A stretch of DNA of 64,000 nucleotides. Source: Myxococcota bacterium. Lineage in GTDB: Bacteria > Myxococcota_A > UBA796 > SXON01. Made by a program: the position numbers and the translations under genes. The notes beneath the pieces were generated by a model, which made no database searches, was not told where the DNA came from, and was given only the letters and a program-made list of their open reading frames with translations. The stretch is taken from contig JAZKFH010000055.1 in the NCBI GenBank assembly GCA_040386535.1, forward strand, positions 64,001 through 128,000. Direction: 5' to 3'. Shown here piece by piece: positions 20,874 to 29,860 of the stretch (the first letter of the stretch is position 1; each line of letters begins with the position of its first letter).

Positions 20874-22117
20874 TCCGCACCCCCGGGGATCAGCGCGTCA
20901 CTCTCGGACGTGAGCAGAAAGTCGATGCGCGCCGCCGCGATCGCGCCGCGCGCGTCGAGGTAGGCGCCCAGGCCGTCCACGACCTCGGCGCGGAGCAGGA
21001 CCGTCTGGAGCAGATCGAGCTCGCCCGCGCGGTAGCCGGCCTCGATGCTCGACAGCGCCGCGCTCGCCTCCGCGCCGAGGCCGTCGCCCAGCGCCGCGCT
21101 CGTCGCGTCCAGCGTCGCGTACCGCCGTTCGCTCGTCAGCCGCTCGGTCTCGGCCCGCGCCCGTGTCGCCTCGGCCGCGCGCTCCGCGACGAGGAGCTCG
21201 CCGCGCGCGGCCGTGACGCCGCCGCGGTTGTGCTGCCAGAGCGGCACCTCCACCCCTACGATCGGCCCCACCTGCGCAACGTCGCCGTCGCGCTCGTAGA
21301 ACGCGCCCAGCTCCACGGCGGGCAGGATCGCGGCGCGCTCGCGTGCGACGGCGGCGCGGGCCGCGTCCACCCGGCGGTCCGCGGCGATCACGTCGGAGCG
21401 ATCGGGCGTGGAGCCCGTGGTCTCCTTGGGGCCTGCCGCCTCGAAGGCCGGCGCCGCCACGAGGGGATCGGCCCCGGCGTCGAACGTGTCCGGGCCGAAG
21501 CCGGTGATCTCCGCGAGCGCGCGCAGCGCCTGGATCGCGGCGGCCTGAGCTTGCAGGTGGTTGGCCGCGGCGTGCGCCGCCTCGAGCCGGGCGAGCCGGA
21601 GATCGAGCGCCGGCGCCTCTCCGGCGTCTACCCGGGCCCCGGTGGCCTCGCGCAGGTGGGTGGCGAGGTCGAGCGCCTGGGCGGCGAGTTGGGCCCGTCC
21701 GGAGGCGACCGCGGCGTCGGCCCAGGCGAGGCGCGCGCGGGCGGCGGCCTCCAGGCGTGCCCGTCGTAAGTCAGAAGCGGCGGCATCCCGCTCGCCACGG
21801 GCGCTCCGGGCGGCGGCGAAGCCCTCGCCGGTCACCGAGAGCGGCTGCACCGCTTCGAGCTCGACATAGGCCGCCGCGACCCGGGCCTCGACGTGGGGGT
21901 TGTGCCGCGGTCCGCTCGCGGCACGCAGCGCTCCCTGGGCGGCGAGCAGATCTGCTTCCGCACGGGCCAGGGTGGGATCGTGCCGGAGGGCCGCGCGCAC
22001 GGCGTCGTCGGGGGAGAGGGGAGCGGCGGTCGCCGTCCCGGGGTCGAGGAGGGGGAGGAGGACGGCGGACGCGAGGACCAACGCGGCGGCGGCGCCGCGC
22101 GACAGGGAAAGGAGCAC
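20870..22117 (-). CDS. czcC: CzcC/TolC-family outer-membrane efflux protein
   Basis: Signal peptide, helical repeats, EVPLW..NRG, YRAGELDLL; first gene of the CBA trio. Confidence 0.85.
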   Translation of the reverse strand: MLLSLSRGAAAALVLASAVLLPLLDPGTATAAPLSPDDAVRAALRHDPTLARAEADLLAAQGALRAASGPRHNPHVEARVAAAYVELEAVQPLSVTGEGFAAARSARGERDAAASDLRRARLEAAARARLAWADAAVASGRAQLAAQALDLATHLREATGARVDAGEAPALDLRLARLEAAHAAANHLQAQAAAIQALRALAEITGFGPDTFDAGADPLVAAPAFEAAGPKETTGSTPDRSDVIAADRRVDAARAAVARERAAILPAVELGAFYERDGDVAQVGPIVGVEVPLWQHNRGGVTAARGELLVAERAAEATRARAETERLTSERRYATLDATSAALGDGLGAEASAALSSIEAGYRAGELDLLQTVLLRAEVVDGLGAYLDARGAIAAARIDFLLTSESDALIPGGAE

Positions 22118-22193
22118 GAGGGGACCTCGAACGGAAGGGGAGGAGCAGCGCGCACGTCAGGCGACGGCGCGGACCTGGGGATTCCGGTTCGGG

Positions 22194-22562
22194 TCAGGCG
22201 TTGGGGGGCGGGGTCGGCGGCGCGATGGCGCGGGCGAGGGGGCGACCATCGCGGAGGAGGGGAGCGGGCGCCTCGTCGTAGGCGGGCGCCCGGATCGTCA
22301 AGGCGTCGAGCCCGGTCAACGCGTTCAGCGACGTGTGGCAGCCGCACACGTGCATCATCGGCGTGCAGCCGTGCTCGTCGTTCTCGTCGCCGTGGCCCTC
22401 TTCTTCGAGGAGCGCTTCCCCCTGCGCGTCGGCGTGCGCCTCGGCGTGCGCAAAGTGCCCGTCGTGGGCAAGGTGCTCCAGGTTCTCGAGCACCTCCGCG
22501 CCGCCGGGGATCAACCCGACGAGGACCAGGAGCGCGACGAGGAGGCGGAGGAGGCGGAACAA
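22194..22562 (-). CDS. Small exported His/Cys-rich protein with Pro-rich C-terminus (CzcI/DUF2946-like leader)
   Basis: TTG start right after the ATPase stop; hydrophobic N-terminus, HLAHDGHFAHAEAH, EHGCTPMMHVCGCH, ends RAIAPPTPPPNA. Confidence 0.65.
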   Translation of the reverse strand: MFRLLRLLVALLVLVGLIPGGAEVLENLEHLAHDGHFAHAEAHADAQGEALLEEEGHGDENDEHGCTPMMHVCGCHTSLNALTGLDALTIRAPAYDEAPAPLLRDGRPLARAIAPPTPPPNA

Positions 22563-22573
22563 GCGACCTGGGC

Positions 22574-24835
22574 CTATGCGGCTTTCGAGGGGAGGGCAAC
22601 CGCGGCGGCGGGCGGCCCTTCCGGCGACCGCAAGAGGCGGAGCGCGTTGAACACGACGAGCAGCGACGCGCCCATGTCCGCGGCGATCGCGCCCCAGAGC
22701 GACGCTACGCCGGCGAACGTCAAGAGGACGAACACCGCCTTGATGCCGAGCGCGAAGGCGGCGTTCGCGCGGATGACCGCCACCGTGCGCCGCGAATGCC
22801 GGACGAGCCAGGCGATCCGGGTCAGATCGTCGCCCATCAGGGCCACGTCGGCGGTCTCGATCGCCACGTCGGTGCCGGCGGCGCCCATCGCGATGCCGAA
22901 CGACGCGCGGGCCAGGGCGGGGGCGTCGTTCACGCCGTCGCCCACCATCGCCACGGTGCCGTAGCGCTGCTCCAGTTCCTCGATCGCGCGGACCTTGTCG
23001 GCCGGCAGGAGCTCGGCGCGGACGTCGTCGATGCCGACCGCGCGGGCCACGGCCTCGGCGGTGGCGCGGTTGTCGCCGGTCAGGAGCACGACGTGGCCGA
23101 TCTCGCGCTTCAGCGCGGCCACCGCGGCCGCGGCGTCGGGGCGCACCGCGTCGGCGATGGCGAGCAGGCCACACACGTGGGTCTCGTTGCCGACCACCAC
23201 GACTGTCCGGCCCGCCGACGAGAGCGCCACGAGCCGCGCGCGGACCTCGGGGGTCTCCTGGCCGCGCTCCACCAACCACCGGTGCGAGCCCACCCAGAAG
23301 CTGCGCCCATCGATCCGGCCCTCCGCACCCTTCCCGGCGACCGAGCGCACGTCACTCGCGGCGACCGGGACCACCCCCAGGCCCCGCGCGTGGTCGAGCA
23401 CCGCCATCGCGATCGGGTGCTCGGAGCGCGCCTCGATGGCCGCCGCACGCGCGAGGACGCCGCGCTCGTCGTGCTCCGCGAGGGGCACCACCTCCACCAC
23501 GCGCGGGCGCCCCTCGGTGAGCGTGCCGGTCTTGTCGATCGCCAGCGCCCGCAGCGAGGCCGGGATCTCGACGAGGCGGCCGCCCTTGAGCAGCACGCCG
23601 TGGCCCGCGGCGGCGGTGAGCGCGGCGACGATGCTCACGGGCGTCGCGATGACCAGCGCGCACGGGCAGCCGATGACGAGCAGCACCAGCGCGCGGTAGA
23701 TCCAGTCCTCCCACGGCGCGCCCACGAGCAGCGGCGGCAGCATCGCGACCGCGATCGCGACGCCGAGCACCACCGGCGTGTAGATCCGCGCGAAGCGGTC
23801 GACCCACTGCTCGGCCTCCGCGCGTTTGCCCTGGCTGTCCGCCACCAGGCGCACGATGCGCGCGAGCGTCGTGTCGGTCGCGGCGCGTGTCGAGACGACC
23901 GCGAGGGAGCCGCTCCCGTTGATGGTGCCGGCGAACACCTCGTCGCCCGGGCCCTTCGTCACGGGCACGCTCTCGCCGGTGATCGGGGCCTGGTTCACGC
24001 TGCTGGTGCCGGCGTCCACGCGGCCGTCGAGGGGGAAGCGTTCGCCGGGGTGGACGTGGAAGATGGTTCCGGGCGCCACGCTGGCGGGATCCACCTCGGC
24101 CTCGACGCCGCCGCGCACCACGCGCGCCTGCTCCGGGGCGAGGCGGAGAAGCGCGGCCACCGAACGCCGGGCCCTCCCGACGCTCCAGGCCTCGAGCGCG
24201 AGGGAGAGCGCGAACAGGAAGGAGACCGTCGCGGCCTCGAACCACTCGCCCAGCACGAGCGCGCCGGCCACGGCGATCGTCATGAGCAGGTTCATGTCCG
24301 GTCGGAGCGTGCGAACGGCGTACCAGGCCTTCGGGAGCACGATCCACACCCCGGCCAGGATGGCGACGAGGTAGGCCGCGCGCGCGGGCCAGGGTACGGT
24401 CTCCGCGAGCCCCGCGCCCTCCGAGCCGACGGCGGCCGTGAGCCCGGCGAGCGCGACGTGCACCCCGAAGCCGAGCGCCGTGCCCAGTGCGCTCACGACG
24501 ACGAGGGCGTCACGGAGGCCCCAGGCGTGCGTCTCGGGGGCGGCGCCCCTCGCATCGACCCAGGGCTCCGCGCGCATGCCGGTCGCGGCGACGGCCGACA
24601 CGACGGCGGCCGCGGAAACGTCCGCGCGCACGCGCATCCGACCGTTGATCGCGTCGAACTCGAGCGCGTCCTCCTGCACGAGCGGCCGGAGCGCGCGCCG
24701 CAGGATGCCGACCTCCTCCGCGCAGTCCATCCCGTGGATGCGGAAGTCGAGCGCCGTCGCTCCACGAAACGAGGCCGGCGCCATCGGTGTCACAGGCGCC
24801 GCGTCGCAACCACACCCGTGCTTCTCCTCGCTCAT
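22574..24835 (-). CDS. cadA: P1B-2 heavy-metal (Zn/Cd/Pb) P-type ATPase, CadA/ZntA-like
   Basis: GMDCAEE metal-binding domain, TGES, CPC, DKTGT, SEHP, GDGVND, TM7 Lys (GIKA) and TM8 Asp (ADMG); ATGA overlap with arsR. Confidence 0.93.
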   Translation of the reverse strand: MSEEKHGCGCDAAPVTPMAPASFRGATALDFRIHGMDCAEEVGILRRALRPLVQEDALEFDAINGRMRVRADVSAAAVVSAVAATGMRAEPWVDARGAAPETHAWGLRDALVVVSALGTALGFGVHVALAGLTAAVGSEGAGLAETVPWPARAAYLVAILAGVWIVLPKAWYAVRTLRPDMNLLMTIAVAGALVLGEWFEAATVSFLFALSLALEAWSVGRARRSVAALLRLAPEQARVVRGGVEAEVDPASVAPGTIFHVHPGERFPLDGRVDAGTSSVNQAPITGESVPVTKGPGDEVFAGTINGSGSLAVVSTRAATDTTLARIVRLVADSQGKRAEAEQWVDRFARIYTPVVLGVAIAVAMLPPLLVGAPWEDWIYRALVLLVIGCPCALVIATPVSIVAALTAAAGHGVLLKGGRLVEIPASLRALAIDKTGTLTEGRPRVVEVVPLAEHDERGVLARAAAIEARSEHPIAMAVLDHARGLGVVPVAASDVRSVAGKGAEGRIDGRSFWVGSHRWLVERGQETPEVRARLVALSSAGRTVVVVGNETHVCGLLAIADAVRPDAAAAVAALKREIGHVVLLTGDNRATAEAVARAVGIDDVRAELLPADKVRAIEELEQRYGTVAMVGDGVNDAPALARASFGIAMGAAGTDVAIETADVALMGDDLTRIAWLVRHSRRTVAVIRANAAFALGIKAVFVLLTFAGVASLWGAIAADMGASLLVVFNALRLLRSPEGPPAAAVALPSKAA

Positions 24836-25185
24836 CGCTCCTCCACGACTGGCGGCGCCGGCACCTCGTCCGCGTGCCGGAGGGCGTCCTCCACGATGCA
24901 CCCGACGTGGTCGTCCACCAGCCGGTAGACGACCCGTTTGCCCTGCCGCTCCGTCTCGACGAGGCGCGCCTCGCGCAGGTGGCGGAGGTGGTGGGACATC
25001 GCGGTCTGTTCGACGCCGAGGGCCTCCACGAGCTCGCCCACGGAAGTCGGCCCGCGCCGGTGGAGCCACGAGAGCACGGACAACCGGGCGGGGTGCGCCA
25101 TGGTGGCGAGCAGATCGACCGCGCGCTCGACCGCGAGGTCGGAGGGGTGGACGACGGGGGAGGGGAGCGGGGCGCCGTGGGGCAT
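24832..25185 (-). CDS. ArsR/SmtB-family metal-sensing repressor (alpha5 site)
   Basis: HPARLSVL, SHHLRHLREARLV, and alpha5 motif D-x-H-x10-H-x2-E (DDHVGCIVEDALRHADE). Confidence 0.92.
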   Translation of the reverse strand: MPHGAPLPSPVVHPSDLAVERAVDLLATMAHPARLSVLSWLHRRGPTSVGELVEALGVEQTAMSHHLRHLREARLVETERQGKRVVYRLVDDHVGCIVEDALRHADEVPAPPVVEER

Positions 25186-25201
25186 CGGCTACTCTTGATG
25201 G

Positions 25202-25234
25202 ATTCATCATATGATGAATTATTCAGATGTTCAA
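25202..25234. promoter_or_regulatory. ArsR/SmtB-type operator
   Basis: Perfect palindrome ATTCATCATATGATGAAT (25202-25219) overlapping TGAATTATTCA-GATGTTCAA; AT-rich patch directly upstream of arsR. Confidence 0.75.
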
Positions 25235-25309
25235 GATTTTTTGTCCCACCCCTCCCAAACCTCCCCGCTCTCGTGTCAAATGCCGCTCCCCGCCGACCCC
25301 GAGGTTTCC

Positions 25310-26167
25310 ATGCGCGTGTTCCTGCCGCTCCTTCTCCTGTCTGCCTGCACCCCTGGCACCGGCGACAACGATGTCGCGCGCACGCTCTCCACCTGCGAGA
25401 CCTCGGTGGCCGACGACGTGCCGGCCTTCTTCCAGGAGCTCTACCGCTGCGTGGACATCGTGCTCGCGGGCGACGACGTGGCGATCTCGACCACCGATCT
25501 CCCGCCACACCCCAGCCCCTACTACGAGGAGACCCACCCCAACTGGGTGGCGTTCGACGACCGTGGCGGCGATTACCACGCCAACCCGAACATGCTCTCC
25601 GAGCAGGCGATGACGGTCACCATCCCGCTCGTTCCCACCCCGAAGGGCATCACGATCACCGACGACATGGTCGACCTCGAAGCCACGACCAGCCCCGAGG
25701 AATACCCGGGCGGCAACGGTGTGGCGCTCGACGGCACCCTCCTGTTCGCCGCGATGGCCGCCCCCGGCGACGACATCACCCAGGAGGAGTTCACCTTCGA
25801 CCTGTACCAGGCTCACCCGCAGAACACCGGCGTGTACCACTACCACAGCCCCACCCCGGGCCCCCTCGAGGTGCTCGTGGACGCCGGTTGGGCCACCACC
25901 AGCGAGCTTGGCTTGGCCGAGGTCGAGGTGTTCGGCATCATGTGTGACGGCACCGTGTTCCTCGGCTGCACCGAGCTGAACGGCGCGGAGCCCGACGCCG
26001 CCGACTTCGACGCGCAAGGCGGCCACGTGCACGATCTGCTCGGCGAGGACGGCACCCTCTACTTCGAGGACCGCTACCACACACACGCCTGCGAGGGTGT
26101 GTACGACCACGTGTTCGCGCCCGAGATCCAATACTACGAGGGGTGTGAGTCGGCGCGGCCGGGGTAG
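25310..26167 (+). CDS. YHYH-domain lipoprotein
   Basis: Lipobox LLSAC; GVALDG, AHPQNTGVYHYH, GGHVH, RYHTH motifs. Confidence 0.8.
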   Translation: MRVFLPLLLLSACTPGTGDNDVARTLSTCETSVADDVPAFFQELYRCVDIVLAGDDVAISTTDLPPHPSPYYEETHPNWVAFDDRGGDYHANPNMLSEQAMTVTIPLVPTPKGITITDDMVDLEATTSPEEYPGGNGVALDGTLLFAAMAAPGDDITQEEFTFDLYQAHPQNTGVYHYHSPTPGPLEVLVDAGWATTSELGLAEVEVFGIMCDGTVFLGCTELNGAEPDAADFDAQGGHVHDLLGEDGTLYFEDRYHTHACEGVYDHVFAPEIQYYEGCESARPG

Positions 26168-26244
26168 GGGCGTTTGTTTGGGTGGGCTGGGCGCACCCCG
26201 CGAGGACGCGGGGCGGGCGCCTTGCGGGGTCGGGCTGGCGCCCT

Positions 26245-26404
26245 CGAGCGCGGCCGTCATTCCCGGACCGAGCACGCGAAGTGGCTGCTGAGGCGCGGCT
26301 GCGCGGCTGACGAGGGAGCAGGTCGAGACCTGTGACCGAGGAAGCCGCGCGGCCTCGCCCAGCAGACGCGAGCGGGCGACGGGAGGGAATGGCGGTCGCG
26401 CTCG
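26245..26404. repeat. Long nested palindromic element with ERIC-like GGAGC-hairpin-GTGAC core
   Basis: 20-nt arms at 26245-26264 and 26385-26404 pair (G-U allowed); inner GCGCGGCT/AGCCGCGC; core GAGGGAGCA-GGTCGAGACC-TGTGACCG at 26312-26338. Confidence 0.65.
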
Positions 26405-26797
26405 CAGTCGGCCGGCTGCGGGCCGGCCGACTGGCGCGGGCTTGGGGCGGGGGGAGGGCCTTCGGCCCTTGGCTTTTCCGTGGCCCGCGCCACCCTTCAG
26501 GTGCCCTTGCGCGGGGTGTTGGGAGGGGGGCGGGAGTGGTTGGCGGAAGTTCGGGCGTTCTCCGAAAGTGGGCAGTTCCTCGGCGAGCCCTTGGGGCGGG
26601 TCGGGCAACCATTGTCTTTCCCCCTGCGCGCTCATCTGTGCCACTGCAGAGGCCCGAATGGCGACTGGCGTGACGTAGTCACTGCCGGGACCGAGAGGGT
26701 ATCACCCAGCAGGACTGAACATACCTCCGATTCGCCGGGCGGTCAGAGCCGAGTAGCGGACTCGTCGGCAGGTTAGCATTCTTTTAAGGGCCAGCAA

Positions 26798-27394
26798 ATG
26801 AACCAGCTTCGAGAACAGACCATCGCAGGTGCTCATGTCCTCTTGCCGGCGGGCGTGTACAATTATCTTGGGCCTAAACTCCGCATCGTCGACGGCGAGA
26901 TCATCATCCAAGCTTCCGCCCAGAACCTCACCGTCACCGAGGTAGAGATGCTGCGCTGCCGTGTGAGGACCACGCGCAAGCTGAGCAACTTCGCTTGGCA
27001 CGGCGCTCGGATCAAGGAGAGCACTTTCGCGGGTAGGTATTCGGGAAACGATTTTGGGCAGCGCGTAGGTCAGGCGGGCGAGACCGGCTCCGTTCAAGGC
27101 TGTGATTTCTCGCAATCCGTTTTGGACGCGTGCCGGTTTTCCGGTCCCGAGATCACCGACAACGTTTACCCGCGGTGGCCGTGCTTCGTGATCCATGAGC
27201 CACTGCGCGCTGCCTCCGAACTTAAGCGCGTGCAATGGCCGGGTAGGGTCTCCATCATGATGAATCTGCCGATGGCGCCTGACGTCCGGGTGCTTGCGCT
27301 TTCCTCGGTGGATTTGGTCAAGCAACTCGGCGGGACCAGCGATCAGCTTCGCGCTGCCTTGGACACGCTGCCTCCGGGTATTGTGAGCTTCTAG
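26798..27394 (+). CDS. Hypothetical protein, lower GC, beta-solenoid-like; resembles a myxobacterial family often found as putative immunity genes
   Basis: YLGPKL..., GRYSGNDFG, GCDFSQSVLDACRF, PRWPCFVI; codon usage differs from flanks. Family link is from recall only. Confidence 0.6.
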   Translation: MNQLREQTIAGAHVLLPAGVYNYLGPKLRIVDGEIIIQASAQNLTVTEVEMLRCRVRTTRKLSNFAWHGARIKESTFAGRYSGNDFGQRVGQAGETGSVQGCDFSQSVLDACRFSGPEITDNVYPRWPCFVIHEPLRAASELKRVQWPGRVSIMMNLPMAPDVRVLALSSVDLVKQLGGTSDQLRAALDTLPPGIVSF

Positions 27395-27759
27395 CTTTCC
27401 CGTCCCGGATGGCCGAAGGTCCGCTCGCGGCGCTCGCGTGATGCCGAGCGGAAGATCGCGATTCTCGGCCACCCGGCTCGAAACCGCCCACCTTCGTGGA
27501 ACTGGCCGATGTGCCGCTCAGTTCCGCCGGGGACGGCGGAACTGGCCCGGGCGCCCGAAGCATAGCGGTGGTTCTCGATGGTGTCGAGGTGCGCCCGGGA
27601 CATGCGCCCCCCGTCGAAGAGACGCCGGGGGGACGGGGCCAAGATGGCCCGCGCGCGGGGACGCGCGCGGAGGCCCCTCGCACGTCAGCAGTCGTCTTCG
27701 CGTTACAGCTCTAACCGAGAAGCCGCATCACGATGGGTCACGATAGGGAGCAAGACTTC

Positions 27760-28794
27760 ATGGAAACCGTAGTAGTCACCGTCCAGGGCGATGCGGGAGA
27801 GGTCGACTCCGGGATCGACCTTGCCGTTGGCGACGTGGTCGAGTTGAGCGCGTCCGGGCAGGTAGGGCATCACCAGAGTCTGGGGGCGAATGATCTCTGG
27901 AACCCGGATGGGACCAGCGCCAATAGGCAGGAGGGCGTCACCGACCGATCCGGCGCGTTCGTGTTCCCGGATCTCGTGACCTTCAGCCTGATCGGGCGGG
28001 TGGGTGACGGCGACCCGTTCGTCGTGGGATTCCAGATCTCACACTCGGTGACGGACTCCGGTCGGCTGTGCTTCCACTTCAACGACCACAAAGGAGCGCT
28101 CGGCAACAACAAGGGTGAATTCGTCGTCACGGTCGCGATCACCCGTTCCGCCAAGGCCGTACAGGATTCGTGTGGGGCTGCTCTGGATCGAGTGAAGCGG
28201 GCGTTTGGCGACGTCCTGGCAGAGCGCAAATCGTTGGAGAAGCCGCCAAACCTCACCGTGACCAGTTGCCCGGTTCCGTACAGCAACGCGCAGGTGAAGA
28301 CCAATGACGATGAAGCCTCAAACAGCGGATCGCTCGCCGGCCTCTGCTTCAAAGCTCCGAAGGGCACGAAGCTCACGATCACCGAGGAGGGGCGCAACGA
28401 GGGCGGTGGCACGCTGTTCTTCGTCCCGCCTGGCTGCACCACCACCTGGATAGGCGCCACCTTTTCTCAGGGGGCGGTGGACAAGGGATTCCTGAGGAAG
28501 GCCCCGGACGGGGTTTACACCCATACGGTCAGGTCTCGGCGAGAAGGAGAGGGGGCCGCGACGACAGACGGGCGCGACGCCGGCAGCGCCGAATCGTGGC
28601 TCTTTGAGCAGTGGCTGGAGAACTGGCACCATGAGCGCTGGGTAGAGACTTTCCGCGACGGCCACGGGCACGAGGCCCTAACAGTGGCGTTCCGGAGGAC
28701 CTACTCGTTCACTTTTCAGAACGACGATGCCGTCCTCATCTTTCCGCGCTCGACCGACCCCGCCACGGTCAGCTTCACGGCGACCTTGGAGTAG
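27760..28794 (+). CDS. Protein with N-terminal LecA/PA-IL-like lectin fold and unknown C-terminal domain
   Basis: DSGIDL..GDVVELSASG...SLIGRVG...PFVVG...GRL.F.FND....NN.GEF; GGGAG SD upstream; no signal peptide. Confidence 0.65.
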   Translation: METVVVTVQGDAGEVDSGIDLAVGDVVELSASGQVGHHQSLGANDLWNPDGTSANRQEGVTDRSGAFVFPDLVTFSLIGRVGDGDPFVVGFQISHSVTDSGRLCFHFNDHKGALGNNKGEFVVTVAITRSAKAVQDSCGAALDRVKRAFGDVLAERKSLEKPPNLTVTSCPVPYSNAQVKTNDDEASNSGSLAGLCFKAPKGTKLTITEEGRNEGGGTLFFVPPGCTTTWIGATFSQGAVDKGFLRKAPDGVYTHTVRSRREGEGAATTDGRDAGSAESWLFEQWLENWHHERWVETFRDGHGHEALTVAFRRTYSFTFQNDDAVLIFPRSTDPATVSFTATLE

Positions 28795-29217
28795 CCCAAC
28801 GCGGTAGGCTTTGGTCCCGCTCGGGAGCCCCACGAGGGCGGCGTACCACCAGGGCCTGCTGCGGTACGCCGCCCTCAGCTGTACGGCGGCAGGCCTCGTC
28901 TCAGCACATCCGGCAACATGGAGCCTGAAGCGGCGTGTGGCCTCGAAGTTCAAGGGGCGAGGCGCGAACTTCGAGGGACGCACTGCGCCGAAAGGCACGA
29001 GCGGCGGTTGGGTTCGCGCCGGTTCGGAAGTTGCGAATGCCCGGGGCGAGATCCGCGTGCGCGCCTTCGTCGGCGGCGCGCCGGTCGGCCAGGAGACCGA
29101 GCCACTGATCGTGCGCTCGACCTTCCTCAATCCGGCGCGCGAGGGCGCCTTCCTGTGGGGGCCGAACTGCAGGTGGACACCCGCGACGCCGTAGCCGGGT
29201 GCCGTTAGACTCCGGCC

Positions 29218-29775
29218 ATGGGACTCCTCACCTTCAGCCTCAATGTCACCCTGGACGGTTGCGTCGACCACCAGGAGGGGATCGCCGATGACGAGACGCA
29301 CGCCTTCTTCACCCGTCTCATGGACGAGGGCGGGGCGATGCTGTGGGGTCGCGTCACCTACGAGATGATGGAGAGCTACTGGCCGGCAGTCGCCCGCGGC
29401 GACGAGGAGGCGCCGCCGGCCTTACGCGAGTGGGCGGTCAAGCTGGAGGCGAAGCCCAAGTACGTGGTGTCGTCGACGCGCAAGGACTTCCCGTGGACCA
29501 ACAGCCACCACATCGCCGGCGATCTGCGCGAGGCCGTGCAGAAGCTCAAGGACGCCACGCCGGCCGGGGTGCTCCTCGGCAGCGGCAAGCTCGCGACCGA
29601 GCTCGACCGGCTCGACCTGATCGACGAATACAAGCTGCTCGTCCATCCCAGGATCGCCGGCCACGGCCCGACGCTGTACCAGGGCGGGCTGCCCGGCACG
29701 CGCCAGCTCGAGCTGCTCTCGGCGAAGCCGCTCCGCAACGGCGCGGTGGCCATGCACTACCGCCGCGCGCGCTGA
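29218..29775 (+). CDS. Dihydrofolate-reductase/RibD C-terminal family protein
   Basis: NVTLDG, LWGRVTYE, KYVVSST, GSGKLA, LIDEY.L.VHP...G.G. Confidence 0.9.
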   Translation: MGLLTFSLNVTLDGCVDHQEGIADDETHAFFTRLMDEGGAMLWGRVTYEMMESYWPAVARGDEEAPPALREWAVKLEAKPKYVVSSTRKDFPWTNSHHIAGDLREAVQKLKDATPAGVLLGSGKLATELDRLDLIDEYKLLVHPRIAGHGPTLYQGGLPGTRQLELLSAKPLRNGAVAMHYRRAR

Positions 29776-29860
29776 ATCACAGGATTCCCATCCCCCAGCG
29801 GCGTCCGCCTCGCGCTCCCCACGCAGCACGGCGGCGATGACGCTGATCCGAAGCCCAGCC

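Noticed and set aside
26245..26404. 6S RNA
   Set aside because: It is rod-like, but shares its core with the MITE-like element at 32919-33076 and lacks a recognisable 6S central bubble or the usual gene context.
28811..29194. 127-aa ORF in the spacer before the DHFR-like gene
   Set aside because: It overlaps strong inverted repeats and has no recognisable domain or SD; at most a gene remnant.
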